A DNA stretch of 63,932 nt, the filler included, from Octopus bimaculoides (taxonomy: Eukaryota): assembly GCF_001194135.2 (NCBI RefSeq). It is 6 parts of 5 records of this genome, joined end to end, with 100 filler letters (N's around TTAATTAATTAA, not from the genome) between each part and the next. Parts side by side here need not be neighbours in the genome. Positions count along the whole stretch, not along the records: positions 1 to 19,150 come from NC_068987.1; positions 19,251 to 24,158 come from NC_069010.1; positions 24,259 to 44,203 come from NC_068982.1; 3 more parts are not named here. One strand, written 5' to 3'. Positions within the stretch are counted from its first letter, which is position 1. Each line of letters begins with the position of its first letter. Of the stretch, positions 11,950-24,779 are shown in pieces. The translations under genes and the position numbers were made by a program. The notes under the pieces were generated by a model. That model searched no databases, was not told the DNA's origin, and was given only the letters and a program-made list of their open reading frames with translations.

Positions 11950-12120
11950 TAAAAAAGCACCTAGCACATGCTGCAAAGTTGTTGGTGTCTGGAAGGGCAT
12001 GCAGCTATCAAACTCATACCAAAGAAGACATTAGCTCATGATGCAGTCAGATCCTGTCAAACCATCCAACCCCTGCCAGCATGAAATACTGATGTTAAAT
12101 GATGATGATGATGATGATAT
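11950..12120 (+). mobile_element. RTE LINE 3' tail with (GAT)n end
   Basis: aaaagcacc...gaagggcatgcagct...tcaaaccatccaacccctgccagcatg..ttaaatgatgatgat is the reverse complement of the tails at 1697, 4319 and 4715. Confidence 0.75.
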
Positions 12121-12144
12121 ACATGTGTGTGGTGTGTGTATGTA

Positions 12145-12196
<52 letters not shown>

Positions 12197-13179
12197 NNNN
12201 NNNNNNNNNNNNNNNNNNNNNNNNNNNNNNNNNNNNNNNNNNNNNNNNNNNNNNNNNNNNNNNNNNNNNNNNNNNNNNNNNNNNNNNNNNNNNNNNNNNN
12301 NNNNNNNNNNNNNNNNNNNNNNNNNNNNNNNNNNNNNNNNNNNNNNNNNNNNNNNNNNNNNNNNNNNNNNNNNNNNNNNNNNNNNNNNNNNNNNNNNNNN
12401 NNNNNNNNNNNNNNNNNNNNNNNNNNNNNNNNNNNNNNNNNNNNNNNNNNNNNNNNNNNNNNNNNNNNNNNNNNNNNNNNNNNNNNNNNNNNNNNNNNNN
12501 NNNNNNNNNNNNNNNNNNNNNNNNNNNNNNNNNNNNNNNNNNNNNNNNNNNNNNNNNNNNNNNNNNNNNNNNNNNNNNNNNNNNNNNNNNNNNNNNNNNN
12601 NNNNNNNNNNNNNNNNNNNNNNNNNNNNNNNNNNNNNNNNNNNNNNNNNNNNNNNNNNNNNNNNNNNNNNNNNNNNNNNNNNNNNNNNNNNNNNNNNNNN
12701 NNNNNNNNNNNNNNNNNNNNNNNNNNNNNNNNNNNNNNNNNNNNNNNNNNNNNNNNNNNNNNNNNNNNNNNNNNNNNNNNNNNNNNNNNNNNNNNNNNNN
12801 NNNNNNNNNNNNNNNNNNNNNNNNNNNNNNNNNNNNNNNNNNNNNNNNNNNNNNNNNNNNNNNNNNNNNNNNNNNNNNNNNNNNNNNNNNNNNNNNNNNN
12901 NNNNNNNNNNNNNNNNNNNNNNNNNNNNNNNNNNNNNNNNNNNNNNNNNNNNNNNNNNNNNNNNNNNNNNNNNNNNNNNNNNNNNNNNNNNNNNNNNNNN
13001 NNNNNNNNNNNNNNNNNNNNNNNNNNNNNNNNNNNNNNNNNNNNNNNNNNNNNNNNNNNNNNNNNNNNNNNNNNNNNNNNNNNNNNNNNNNNNNNNNNNN
13101 NNNNNNNNNNNNNNNNNNNNNNNNNNNNNNNNNNNNNNNNNNNNNTATATATATATATATATTAAATTAATGATTATAT

Positions 13180-14083
13180 ATATTAAAGGGATCAGGATAA
13201 AAAACCTCCAATATGCTGAAAATAGATGCCAGAGGCACTAAAAAACTACCATATAACTCAAAAAAGCACAGATTGTAAGCAGGCAAATGAAGACTACTAA
13301 ATAAAACTTCACAGTTGTGTATTGGGTCCAATTTGGTGATTAAAGCAATAAAAAAGCTTATTTCCTATCATCAGCACAATATTCAAGGTGTATAATCACA
13401 GATACTTATACATACCCATATGAAGCAATGTTCATATACAAATATTTGCATGTCAAATTAATATTTTTCATTTCAACCTTGTGTTTTTTTTTTGAAATAG
13501 CCTTGCAGGAAATGTGATTTCAATCAGGAGTAAAAATATTTTATTATCAATTTTTAATAGAACTGAGGATAAAACCACGTTAATGATTATATCAAGTGGT
13601 CAGCATGAAATAAAACCTTGTAGGTAATCTATATACTAAATTGACAATTATATATATAATCATATTAAAGGGATCAGGATAAAAACCTTCTTCAACATGA
13701 TGAAAATAGACACTAAAAGATGCTAAAGGTGCTAAAAGATCACTGTATAACTCCAAAAAACACAGGTTGTAAGCGAGCAAATGAAAAATACTAAATGAAA
13801 CTTCACAGTTAATTTTGTATTGGGTCCAATTTCGGGATTAAAGCAATAAAAAGTTTTATTTAGTATTTAGATTAAAGTTTATTTAGTATTTAGATTAAAG
13901 CAATAAAAAGTTTTATTCAGAATTTTTCATTTGCCTGCTTACAGCCTGTTTTTTTTTTAGTTATATGGTGGTTTTTCTGGTGCCTTTGGCATCTGTTTTC
14001 AGCATGTTAGAGAAGGTCTTTTTTTATCCATATTCCTGTAATATAATTATATATATAATTATTAATAATATATACAAATTACC
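13180..14083. mobile_element. Penelope-like element 3' remnant with direct and inverted pseudo-LTR copies
   Basis: A ~190-bp unit occurs at about 13180-13360 (+), 13660-13860 (+) and 13916-14075 (-). Between the first two is a decayed ...ISS(C)(R)HE(N)K-like PLE ORF end (about 13585-13620). Confidence 0.6.
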
Positions 14084-15344
14084 NNNNNNNNNNNNNNNNN
14101 NNNNNNNNNNNNNNNNNNNNNNNNNNNNNNNNNNNNNNNNNNNNNNNNNNNNNNNNNNNNNNNNNNNNNNNNNNNNNNNNNNNNNNNNNNNNNNNNNNNN
14201 NNNNNNNNNNNNNNNNNNNNNNNNNNNNNNNNNNNNNNNNNNNNNNNNNNNNNNNNNNNNNNNNNNNNNNNNNNNNNNNNNNNNNNNNNNNNNNNNNNNN
14301 NNNNNNNNNNNNNNNNNNNNNNNNNNNNNNNNNNNNNNNNNNNNNNNNNNNNNNNNNNNNNNNNNNNNNNNNNNNNNNNNNNNNNNNNNNNNNNNNNNNN
14401 NNNNNNNNNNNNNNNNNNNNNNNNNNNNNNNNNNNNNNNNNNNNNNNNNNNNNNNNNNNNNNNNNNNNNNNNNNNNNNNNNNNNNNNNNNNNNNNNNNNN
14501 NNNNNNNNNNNNNNNNNNNNNNNNNNNNNNNNNNNNNNNNNNNNNNNNNNNNNNNNNNNNNNNNNNNNNNNNNNNNNNNNNNNNNNNNNNNNNNNNNNNN
14601 NNNNNNNNNNNNNNNNNNNNNNNNNNNNNNNNNNNNNNNNNNNNNNNNNATATATACATATATATATATATATAAACGAAGAAGAAAATGCTTTGAGAAC
14701 TTTATCATGAATAAAAAATGTATTTATATTTTTAGCAAAATACGCAATTGGTTTCAATCATTTATAAAGATGCTTAGTTATGTTGAAATAAAAGATAAAA
14801 TAAACTGAAATAAGTAAAATAAAATTAATCTTGCATGGTATCAGTTCTAGAAGTTCACATGTTTTTCTTACAAAAAAAAACCCCACAGTACTGGTGTTTC
14901 CTTTCTTTCTGATTGTGATCGTTGCTATGTTGTGGTGGTAGCGGTAGCAGCAGGGGTGTCAATAGCAGTAGCAGCAGCAGTGATAGTGGCTGTAGTAGCG
15001 GTTTTGTCAGTCTCACTTATAGCAGTAGTAGATGTGGCAATTTCAGCTAAGTTTGCAGTAAGGTTGGTGGCAGTTGTCTCCCTTGCACCTGCCATAGATA
15101 TTTAGTTCATTAATTGAGGATGGTGAGTAAATCCTCTCCAGTAGTCTATCCTTCCACTATTCTTAATTGATAATGGAATTCAATTAGCCAAGAAATGCAA
15201 TATTCAAGAACTAAGGCAAGCAAAACAAAGAAATATATCTTAAACATTTTGTTTCTCTTGGCGTTAAACATACTGAAGCTTTGACATGTAGGTAGCTGAC
15301 TTGGTAGTCCAACAACAAATTTGATCACTTTTTTTTAATTCAAT

Positions 15345-18300
15345 ATCTCCATTACCCATGGTAGGTCTGGTGACATTGTTGAAATGTTAAAGTGAAGGTA
15401 TGTAGATGTGTGCTGTGTGCATGAGGTGCAATGGAGGGGAGTCTCAGTTTGCTTGTGGGCAAGGAATATAGATACAAATTCTTCTGGAAGGGCAGTAGTA
15501 ATAGAGTAGGTATTCTTTTGGAAGAGAAATGGGTGGGTAAGGTGATTGAGATAATCAGGCTGTGTGATAGGATTATTAAGCTCAAAATAGTCTTGTTTAA
15601 TGTAACAATGACATTTCTGCATATGTCGACATGCCAGACTGGCAGATGATCAAAAGGACCATTTCAATAAATTCCATTTGCAGACTACTTTGATAACAAA
15701 AGACATTATCATTGTGGTTTGTGACTTCAATGGTCATGTTGGGCAGCACTTCAATGGATTTCAGGGTGTGCATGGAGGTTACAGCTTTGGTTCTAGAAAT
15801 AAGGCTGCTGGAGTTTTGTAAAGCAAATGACTTACTGGTCCACAATACTAACCTCAGGAAACCTGAAAGCCATCTGATCACCTATCAATCCAGTAGTTAC
15901 ATGAATCAGATTGACTACATTCTTATCAGAAACAGAGATAACCAGATGCTTGTAATTACAAAGTTGCTCCCAGATGAAGAATGTACAACTCCACATAGGT
16001 TAGTGGCTAGCAACTTCAGACTTTGGGCTAGAAATACCCAAAGACACAAACCAATATTGAAAAGGAGATTACGGAAGCCCAAGAATCCTTCAGATGGCCA
16101 GAGATGTTCTAATCAAAGCATTTGATGAGAAGTGATAGAGATGTATGAATTAAAGGAGAGCTGGCTGATCTTGTGGGATAACCTACTGGGAGGAACAGAG
16201 CAAATCTGTGGTAGGAATAAAGCTTCTGTTACACTAATAGTGACATGATAGTGGAAGAATGAGGTTGACAGGGCTATAAAAGAGAAGAAACAGGTTAGGA
16301 AAGAGTAGAAAAGTAGAGGTAGTGAAGAATCATATCAGGCAGCTAAAGGGAAGCTAAGCAACAGGTTTATCTAGCAGTGGCAGAAGCAGAAAAGAAGAGG
16401 TTAGCCAATATCTTACAGTATAAAGATCAGAGATTTGAGGTGTTCCAGATTGCTAGACGATGTGTCTGAGAGAATCGGGATGTTGTTGGAGAGAAGTGTG
16501 TTTGGATGGATAATGATATGCTTGTACTTAGTGGTTCTGAAAAGAAAGAGGTGTGGAAGTGCTACTGTAAAAGGTTATAAAATGTGAAGAATGAATGGGA
16601 GAGAAAGGGTCTCCTTTATGTGAACCCAACAGAGAGGCCAGCCATTCTGGTTGACAGTAGTATGATAGATAAGGCAATTAAAAGCATGAAGAAAAGGAAA
16701 ACCCCTGGTCTGTTGGGAGTTACTGCTGAGATGCTTAAAATATCTGGTAGAGTAAGATACTGTCTAGTCATCTATATAGTTTAATCAGGTTATTCGAGAA
16801 GGTCATCCCCAATGACTGGTGTAACAGCATTACTGTTAGCTGCTACAAGGGTAAAGGAGATGACTTAGATAAAAGTAATTACAGAAGCATCAAATTACTG
16901 GACCATGTGATGAAAGTTTCAAAGAGAATTACCGCCCAATTAGTTCGGAAAAAAATTAGACTTGATGAAATGCAGTTTGGCTTTGTGCCAAAGAGAAGCA
17001 TTACTGACATTGTATTCATAGTTAGGCAACTGTAGGAGAAGTATTTATCTAAGATTAAACCATTGTATTCGGTATTTGTTGACTTGGAGGAGGCTTTCGA
17101 TAGAGCACCTTACTCTGTGATATGGTGGTCTCTGAGGAAGATAGAGATAGATGACTGGCTTGTGAAAGCTATACAAACCATGTGCAGGAGTGCTCTTAGT
17201 AAGATAAGATTTAATCATGAATACAGTGATGAATTTAGTGTACAAGTAGGTGTTCACCAGAGCTTGGTTCTCACCCACCCCTTCATCATTGCTCTCCAGG
17301 CCATCTCAGAGAAATTTAAGACCAGCTGCCCATAAGAATTACTATATGCTAATGATCTTAATCTCATAGCAGAATCTATAATTGAACTAGAAAAGAGATT
17401 CCAGATGTGAAAAGAAAACCTGGAATCAAAGAGCCTTAAAGTTAAGTTAGTAAAGACCAAGATTCTAGTAAGCAAGAAAACACACAGAACACTACCCACT
17501 TCAGATAAATGGCCCTGTTCAATATGTGGGGAAAGCATAGACAGGAATTCTATTTGGTGTACCCAGTGCAAGATACAAGAGATGCAATAGAAGCACTGGA
17601 AGATTAACAGATAAAGTAGTGTTTGTGTGTGGAAGATGCTCAGGAGCCTTAAAGTCTATAGATACATGGGAAATTGATTTTCTCAAATGTCCCAGAAGTT
17701 CTTTAGAAGTAGCAGATAGATAATTTTCATTGCCTAGGTAACCTAATTAGCAGTATAATTGCTAGGATAGGAAAAGGAAGGAAAAAATTCAGGTAATTCA
17801 GAAAGCCTCTACTTCTGTTAGCAACCAAAGGTCTCTCTCTCTTTCTCTCTCTCTCTCTGTCTCTCTCTCCAAGTGAATGGAAAATTGTATGATGCTTGTG
17901 TATGAACAGCAATGCTACATGTTAGTGAGACATGGACCCTAAATGCAGAGGACATGTGAAGACTAGAGTGGAATGAAGCTAGTATGCTCTGCTGGATGTG
18001 CAATGTCAGTGCACATGTATGACAGGGCACTCGTATATTGAGAGAAAAGTTAAGCATAGGAGAAATTAGATGTAGTGTACAAGAGAGAAGACTGCACTGG
18101 TTTGATCATGTGATGCATGTGGATGAGGACAGTTGCATAAAGAAGCGCTGATTACTTAAAGTAGATGGAAGTTGTGGAAGGAAGAGACCCAGGAAGATAT
18201 TGAATGAAGTATTGAAGGCTGATGTCATGATACTGAGCCTTATGGAGGAGATGACAAAGGAACAAGATGTCTGGCGATTTGCTGTGCTCAAGAAGACCCA

Positions 18301-18917
18301 TTCACCACAGCAGAATTGATATCCTAAAACCACCTTGGTAAATGCTTGTACATATGGGACTCTGTCCCACCTCAATTCTATCTGTTCCATCAAGCTTCCC
18401 CAGCATTTCATCCTCTTCTCTATTATTCAGCTACCATAATCATCTGAGAGCAGAACAGACACATACTACATTCCCTCCCTTTGGTTACCCTCTTCTTCCC
18501 TGCCCACTATTTCCACCAATCACCTCCTGTCTGTGCATTCAGCCATTCTTTCTACCTTCTGTTATACTCTATCCTTAATTCCTCTTTCATCTGCTATCAC
18601 TTCCAGTGCCCTCACATATCTACCATTACTCCCCCACCCTAAGTCACTCTTATATCTCTCATCATCACTTCCTAAATTCAACTCTATTCCATCTCTCACT
18701 CTCTATCTTTCTCTCCTCTCTTTTCCAGCTTAGATATCCTTGTATCTCCTCTACAGCAAGGCATCTACCTCTATCCCTCTGTTCTTTTTAACATCTCATC
18801 AACTGGCACAAAGCCATTTCCTTCAATATCACTCTTCCTCCCAGGTGAGGGATCTTTGTCTTGCAAGTTGTTTGGTGACCCTAATGCTGGTGCCATGAAA
18901 CAAGCACCCTCTACACT
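15345..18917 (+). mobile_element. Near full-length, heavily decayed RTE-clade LINE (APE endonuclease + RT + long pyrimidine-rich 3' UTR)
   Basis: GRSGDIVEML..VDVCCVHEVQWRG, MNQIDYILIR, HRLVASNF, CYKGKGD, MQFGFVP, VFVDLEEAFDR, LLYANDL and a CSICG zinc-finger-like segment. The ORF end (EEMT..QDVWRFAVLKKT) is followed by a CT-rich UTR and the start of the RTE tail. Confidence 0.93.
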
Positions 18918-19150
18918 CGCTTTACCCTGGTTAGGACGTCTGCCCTGTTCTTTTCGGAAGGCACAAAAATTACGCTCAGCTCCAGATCGAACTCAGCGGT
19001 TAGCTCCCGCAATATTCCCAATCGGCGCTTTACCAGCATCTCCGCATCCCCTTTGGTTCGCACCCTCCGCTCATTGGTGATGACTGCCGTCACCCAACCA
19101 AGCACAGTGGCCGAATCGGTTCTAATTTCGATGGTGCACAGCCCCCACTT
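18918..19150 (-). mobile_element. LTR retrotransposon (gypsy-like) RNase H fragment
   Basis: Translates KWGLCTIEIRTDSATVLGWV...VKRRLGILRELTAEFDLELSVIFVPSEKNRADVLTRVK. The TDS...VPS..N.AD.LTR pattern is the RNase H of LTR-type pol. Confidence 0.75.
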
Positions 19151-19250
19151 NNNNNNNNNNNNNNNNNNNNNNNNNNNNNNNNNNNNNNNNNNNNTTAATT
19201 AATTAANNNNNNNNNNNNNNNNNNNNNNNNNNNNNNNNNNNNNNNNNNNN
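19151..19250. other. Artificial 100-bp scaffold spacer (44 N + TTAATTAATTAA + 44 N)
   Basis: The 12-mer at 19195-19206 has stops in all six frames. The identical layout recurs five times. Confidence 0.97.
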
Positions 19251-19414
19251 ATGTTCTACAGAGTAAATATATACAGCCTCTCACATCTACTTGATAATCT
19301 TAAAATTTAAAAAATTTTTAAAATAAACAATTACATCATGAAAATCTTGACTTATCCCCTCCTCTAAAATTACTGGCTTTGTGCCAAAATTTGAAACTAT
19401 TATCATTATTATTT

Positions 19415-19560
19415 GTTCTGAGTTCAAATCCTGCCAAGGTCAACTTCGCCTTTCACCCTTTTAGGCTCGATTAAATAAGTACCAGTTACACGCTGGGGTA
19501 AATGTAATCAACTTAATCCCCTCCCCACCAAGTTGCCCTTGTGGCAAAAATTTGAAATCA
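19415..19560 (+). mobile_element. tRNA-derived SINE, family B (partial)
   Basis: ctgagttcaaatcctgcc...ttcgcctttcaccc...taagtaccagt...tttgaaa matches the copies at 43743, 47394, 50416 and 52912. Confidence 0.75.
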
Positions 19561-20167
19561 TTATTATTATTATTATTATTATTTTTATTAAACTATTGAA
19601 AAATGGAATCTTATGACAAGCCAATCATCGATAACAAATGACTTGTTCTGATCTGTAATGCATTCTTGGTAACTCTCAACCCCTTAACAGACACACACAC
19701 ACACACACACTAGGCAATGCCTCCGCCCCCCAATTACAATTTCCCCTTCCCCACACCACAATACAAACTCCACCACCACCACCACCACCACTTACTACAA
19801 TGCCATCGCACCCCCATCGCTTCATACACACAAGACCTACCACCACCACCACCACAAGTATAACCACCATCNNNNNNNNNNNNNNNNNNNNNNNNNNNNN
19901 NNNNNNNNNNNNNNNNNNNNNNNNNNNNNNNNNNNNNNNNNNNNNNNNNNNNNNNNNNNCGCAACAAGGAAAGAATTAACAATGAGAATTGCCTCCTCTC
20001 CCCACTCCCACCATCTCTCCTCCCTAAACCCTTAACCCACCCCAAAACCCAAACACCAATCACTGAGTTACTCCCCACCTCCCCTACACACACACACACA
20101 CACACACACATCTATTTTGCAGTCAGTGCAATCTTTCGTGTTGAGAAACCGAAATGGCTAATATTCT

Positions 20168-20706
20168 ATGTGTGTGTGTGTGTGTGTGTATATACGTACT
20201 GTTGTGTGTGTGAGTGTGTCAATATGTATCAATGTTTCTGTGTGTGCGCTGTTGTGCATGTGTGTGTGTGTATGTGTATGTATGTGCTGTTGTGTGTGTG
20301 TGTGTGTGTCAGTGTGTATCAGTGCTTGTGTGTGTGCATGTATGTGCTGTTGTGCATGTGTGTGTGTGTCAATGTGTCAGTGTTTGTGTGCATGTGTACG
20401 TGTATTTGTGCCATTGTGTGCATGCATGTCTGCATTTCTGTCAAAGCGCATCAGTGCATCTACGTCTGAGTATGTGTGTGCGCGCATGCACATATTTATC
20501 TCCCATACATGTTTGCGTGAATGTACATTAGTGTTTGCACATGTATGTTCCTGTCAACATGGTGTACATGTGACTCCATTTCAATGCCCATGTGGGTGTG
20601 TGTTTCACTGTCAACACATGTGCAAGTTTTTTTTCTCGACGTGGGACGTGTTTGCATCAATGCGAGTGTTCATGCCTGGCTTTCCAAATGTGTGTGTTTG
20701 AGCATG

Positions 20707-20756
<50 letters not shown>

Positions 20757-21058
20757 TGTGTGTATGTGTGTTTGTGCGTGTGTGTGTGTGTGTGTATGTG
20801 TTTGTGTGTGTGTTTGCGTGTGCGTGTGTATGTGTGTATGTATGTTTGTCTGTGTGTGTATAAGCATTTGTGTCTACACTTGTTAGAATGGACAAGCATA
20901 ACTGTTTGCAAGTATGTGTGAATGAGTATGTACACACACACGTGCACGAGTGTGTGTGTGTGTGTGTGTGTGCGAGAACGTTTGTATCAACGCAGGTGCG
21001 TGTTCGTATAAGTATTTACCAACGCGTGTGTCTTTTCTTGATACGAGTGTTTGCATTG
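20168..21058. repeat. Compound (TG)n-derived microsatellite with a ~55-60 bp higher-order unit
   Basis: Recurrent atgtatgtgctgttgtg...tgtgtcagtg blocks inside a TG array. Confidence 0.85.
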
Positions 21059-21994
21059 ANNNNNNNNNNNNNNNNNNNNNNNNNNNNNNNNNNNNNNNNN
21101 NNNNNNNNNNNNNNNNNNNNNNNNNNNNNNNNNNNNNNNNNNNNNNNNNNNNNNNNNNNNNNNNNNNNNNNNNNNNNNNNNNNNNNNNNNNNNNNNNNNN
21201 NNNNNNNNNNNNNNNNNNNNNNNNNNNNNNNNNNNNNNNNNNNNNNNNNNNNNNNNNNNNNNNNNNNNNNNNNNNNNNNNNNNNNNNNNNNNNNNNNNNN
21301 NNNNNNNNNNNNNNNNNNNNNNNNNNNNNNNNNNNNNNNNNNNNNNNNNNNNNNNNNNNNNNNNNNNNNNNNNNNNNNNNNNNNNNNNNNNNNNNNNNNN
21401 NNNNNNNNNNNNNNNNNNNNNNNNNNNNNNNNNNNNNNNNNNNNNNNNNNNNNNNNNNNNNNNNNNNNNNNNNNNNNNNNNNNNNNNNNNNNNNNNNNNN
21501 NNNNNNNNNNNNNNNNNNNNNNNNNNNNNNNNNNNNNNNNNNNNNNNNNNNNNNNNNNNNNNNNNNNNNNNNNNNNNNNNNNNNNNNNNNNNNNNNNNNN
21601 NNNNNNNNNNNNNNNNNNNNNNNNNNNNNNNNNNNNNNNNNNNNNNNNNNNNCTCTCTCCCCATCCTCCCATCCACCTCACCTTCTTTAAGCCAACTAGT
21701 CTAAATATTTCCTAATTGGTTTCATTCCGGATTCCCCCCCATACACCACCCACCCCACCACTTTGTTGTTGTTCCAGAAGGATGAGGGGATTATTTTGGC
21801 TGCACAGCAGCAACAACATCAACGCCTTTAACAAAAAAAAAAGGACCAGAGCTCTAACATAAATTTTTCTTTTTGGTGACAAGGAGAGGAAGACTCATTG
21901 AAAAACGATAACATCTTTACAACACTATATTTATCTTACAAAAACACACACACAGAGAACGTATGACAATTATATATGTATGTGTCGCATATAC

Positions 21995-22300
21995 AAACTG
22001 GCAATTCCAATAACGATAACGAGGGTTCCAGTTGATTCAATCAACAGAACAGACTACTCATGAAATTAACATGCAAGTGGTTGAGCACTCCACAGACACG
22101 TGTACCCTCAATGTAAATTCTCAAGGAGATTCAGTGTGACATAGAGTGTGACAAAGCTAGCTCTTTGAAATACAGGTGCCTCCCGTTTTTGTTGGATTGA
22201 GTGAACTGGAGCAATATGAAATAAAGTGTCATGCTCAAGGGCACAATGCATGGCTGGGAATTGAACCTATGGTCGTGAGCCATATGCCTTCACTACCAGG
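21995..22300 (-). mobile_element. tRNA-derived SINE, family C
   Basis: Shares ttccagttgat..atcaac.gaacagcctgctc.tgaaattaac.tgcaagtgg and tgaaataaagtgtc..gctcaagg with copies at 37970 and 38580. The B-box-like end is on the minus strand. Confidence 0.75.
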
Positions 22301-23577
22301 GTGAAATAACTGGCACAGTTTGTTATTATGACAATGAGGTTTCCAGATGATTCGATCAATGGAACAGTCTGCTCATAGAATTAATGTGCAAGTGGCCGAG
22401 TACTCCACAGACACGTGAACCCTTAATCTACACACACACATGCATATACTCATATATGCAAATACATATAAACATGCATATGCACGTACATAAATATACA
22501 TACACACACATGCCTACAAACATCCATACACACATGTCTCTACACATACATACATACATACATATACACATGCATATACATACATGCCTCTACACATGCA
22601 TATACATACCTGTACACTTACACATTTATACACATACACACATACATGCATATACAAACATACACACACATACGCATATACATATACATATTCGTACACA
22701 TACATACACATGCACATGTGGCAGGCAGCTTTCAGTTTCTATCTACGACATCCACTCACAAGGCTTTCGGTGTCCCGGGACTGTCGACGACGACACGTGT
22801 CCAAGGTGCCAGCCAGACACTGGGATCGAACCCAAGACCACCCAGACAGAGAGGCAAGCTCCTTGACCCCTCCACCCCCAAACCGCCAACACATCCACGT
22901 GCCTGTGGGCTTATAATAGATTAAAAGATTAACAACCCAACCCCCTAACTGCACCCAGAGCAGGGGGCGGGGAAGGGAGGAGTAATCGAACAAAGCCTTA
23001 ATTTGATGAATTTTTATGTTATTATCATCGTTATGACAATGATCTGGGACGTAGCAGACACCACACCCCAACCCCCACCCCACCATCACTTTGTATTTTC
23101 GGNNNNNNNNNNCTGTCGACGACGACACGTGTCCAAGGTGCCAGCCAGACACTGGGATCGAACCCAAGACCACCCAGACAGAGAGGCAAGCTCCTTGACC
23201 CCTCCACCCCCAAACCGCCAACACATCCACGTGCCTGTGGGCTTATAATAGATTAAAAGATTAACAACCCAACCCCCTAACTGCACCCAGAGCAGGGGGC
23301 GGGGAAGGGAGGAGTAATCGAACAAAGCCTTAATTTGATGAATTTTTATGTTATTATCATCGTTATGACAATGATCTGGGACGTAGCAGACACCACACCC
23401 CAACCCCCACCCCACCATCACTTTGTATTTTCGGGAGGGGGGGGGGTTGAATTGGTTTTACTTTTTTTTTTGTTTTACCCCTTCTTGTGTAAAATTTTTT
23501 TGTCTCTCTTACAAAATATTTCCTCAAAGTGTGTCATTGCCATTGTGGTGCCACAACAATCACCAATCATTACGGTG

Positions 23578-23586
23578 ATGGTGGTA

Positions 23587-23648
<62 letters not shown>

Positions 23649-23775
23649 GGTGGTAGTTATAGTAGTGACTGTAGTAGTGAAGGTGGTAGTAGTGGTGGTG
23701 GTAGTGGTAGTAGTAGTAGTAGTAGTAGTGGTGGTCATGGTGGTAGTAGTGGTGATGGTGGTGATAGTAGTAGTG
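23578..23775. repeat. Compound (GTA)n/(GTG)n microsatellite
   Basis: Directly visible; source of the poly-V/T/S ORFs. Confidence 0.9.
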
Positions 23776-23940
23776 ACTGAAACAAGTAAAAGATAAACTG
23801 TCCAAGGTAGACATAGCCAAAAGTCTCATGAAGCTTTGACAAAGCAACTTCGACCAGAGTTGTGCCTTGAAGAACTCTCTAGGTGCCATCCCATGGTCAT
23901 TCAATGACTAAAGGGAGGTCTTTACCCTTTTGTGGGGAGT

Positions 23941-24158
23941 AAGACTTCAGTGGAGAGCAGAGCTTCAGTTGTCAGTGGAGCTTGAGTGGGGAGCAGAGGC
24001 TTCAGTGGGAAGCGGGGCTTGAATGTGGAGCAGAACTTCAGCGTGTGTGTGTTTGGGGGATGGCTTCAATATGGAGCAGGGGCTTCAGTGGGGAGCTGAG
24101 GCTTCAGTGGGGGTAAGAGGCTTCAGTAGGAAGCAGAGGCTTCAGTAGGGAGTGGAGC
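23941..24158 (+). repeat. G-rich ~19-bp minisatellite (consensus GGAGCAGAGGCTTCAGTGG), about 10-11 degenerate units
   Basis: Contiguous degenerate units running into the spacer. Confidence 0.85.
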
Positions 24159-24258
24159 NNNNNNNNNNNNNNNNNNNNNNNNNNNNNNNNNNNNNNNNNN
24201 NNTTAATTAATTAANNNNNNNNNNNNNNNNNNNNNNNNNNNNNNNNNNNNNNNNNNNN
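24159..24258. other. Artificial 100-bp scaffold spacer
   Basis: 44 N + TTAATTAATTAA (24203-24214) + 44 N. Confidence 0.97.
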
Positions 24259-24779
24259 CTCTCTCTCTCCCTCTCTCTCTCCCTCTCTCTCTCCCACTTT
24301 TTCGTCATGCTATGAACGTATTAGCTCATGTACGAACGAGTGTATGCCCGTACGTCGTTTGCACGTACGTACATATGTATGTATGCATGTATGGATGGAT
24401 AGGTGCATGCATATCTATATAATTGCATTCGATTTGGATGCCTATATATATACTTTATTAAAAAGCAGCAAAAGTATCACAAAAACTGCTACTCAGAGTT
24501 TAGCGTTCCCGTTCGTCAAACAGTTTTGCTTAGAATGGAACAAAAATAAGGTTATATGCATAAATATACAATTATTTTGATGGATACACATTTGAAAATG
24601 GTTTTGTTTCATTGGTCCTTTCAACTAACGGTCTTTTCAATAACCGGTTGCATGCAATAACGAATTGCGGTATAAAGTCATATTGTTATAAAAAAATCGA
24701 AGAAAACCTTAAATCAAAAGTAGCTTATAAAGACGGACAAGGCCTGAATGCCAAGGGAAAATAATCAGTTATAAAATAT

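Noticed and set aside
19195-19206. TTAATTAATTAA as a PacI, homeodomain or piggyBac site
   Set aside because: Always centred in exactly 44+44 N; it is a designed assembly linker.
22781-23434. Perfect 322-bp tandem duplication
   Set aside because: Identical copies (22781-23102 and 23113-23434) flank a 10-N gap, the signature of overlapping contig ends left unmerged.
23941-24158. Repeat array as CRISPR
   Set aside because: Units are contiguous and degenerate with no unique spacers, there are no cas genes, and the context is eukaryotic.
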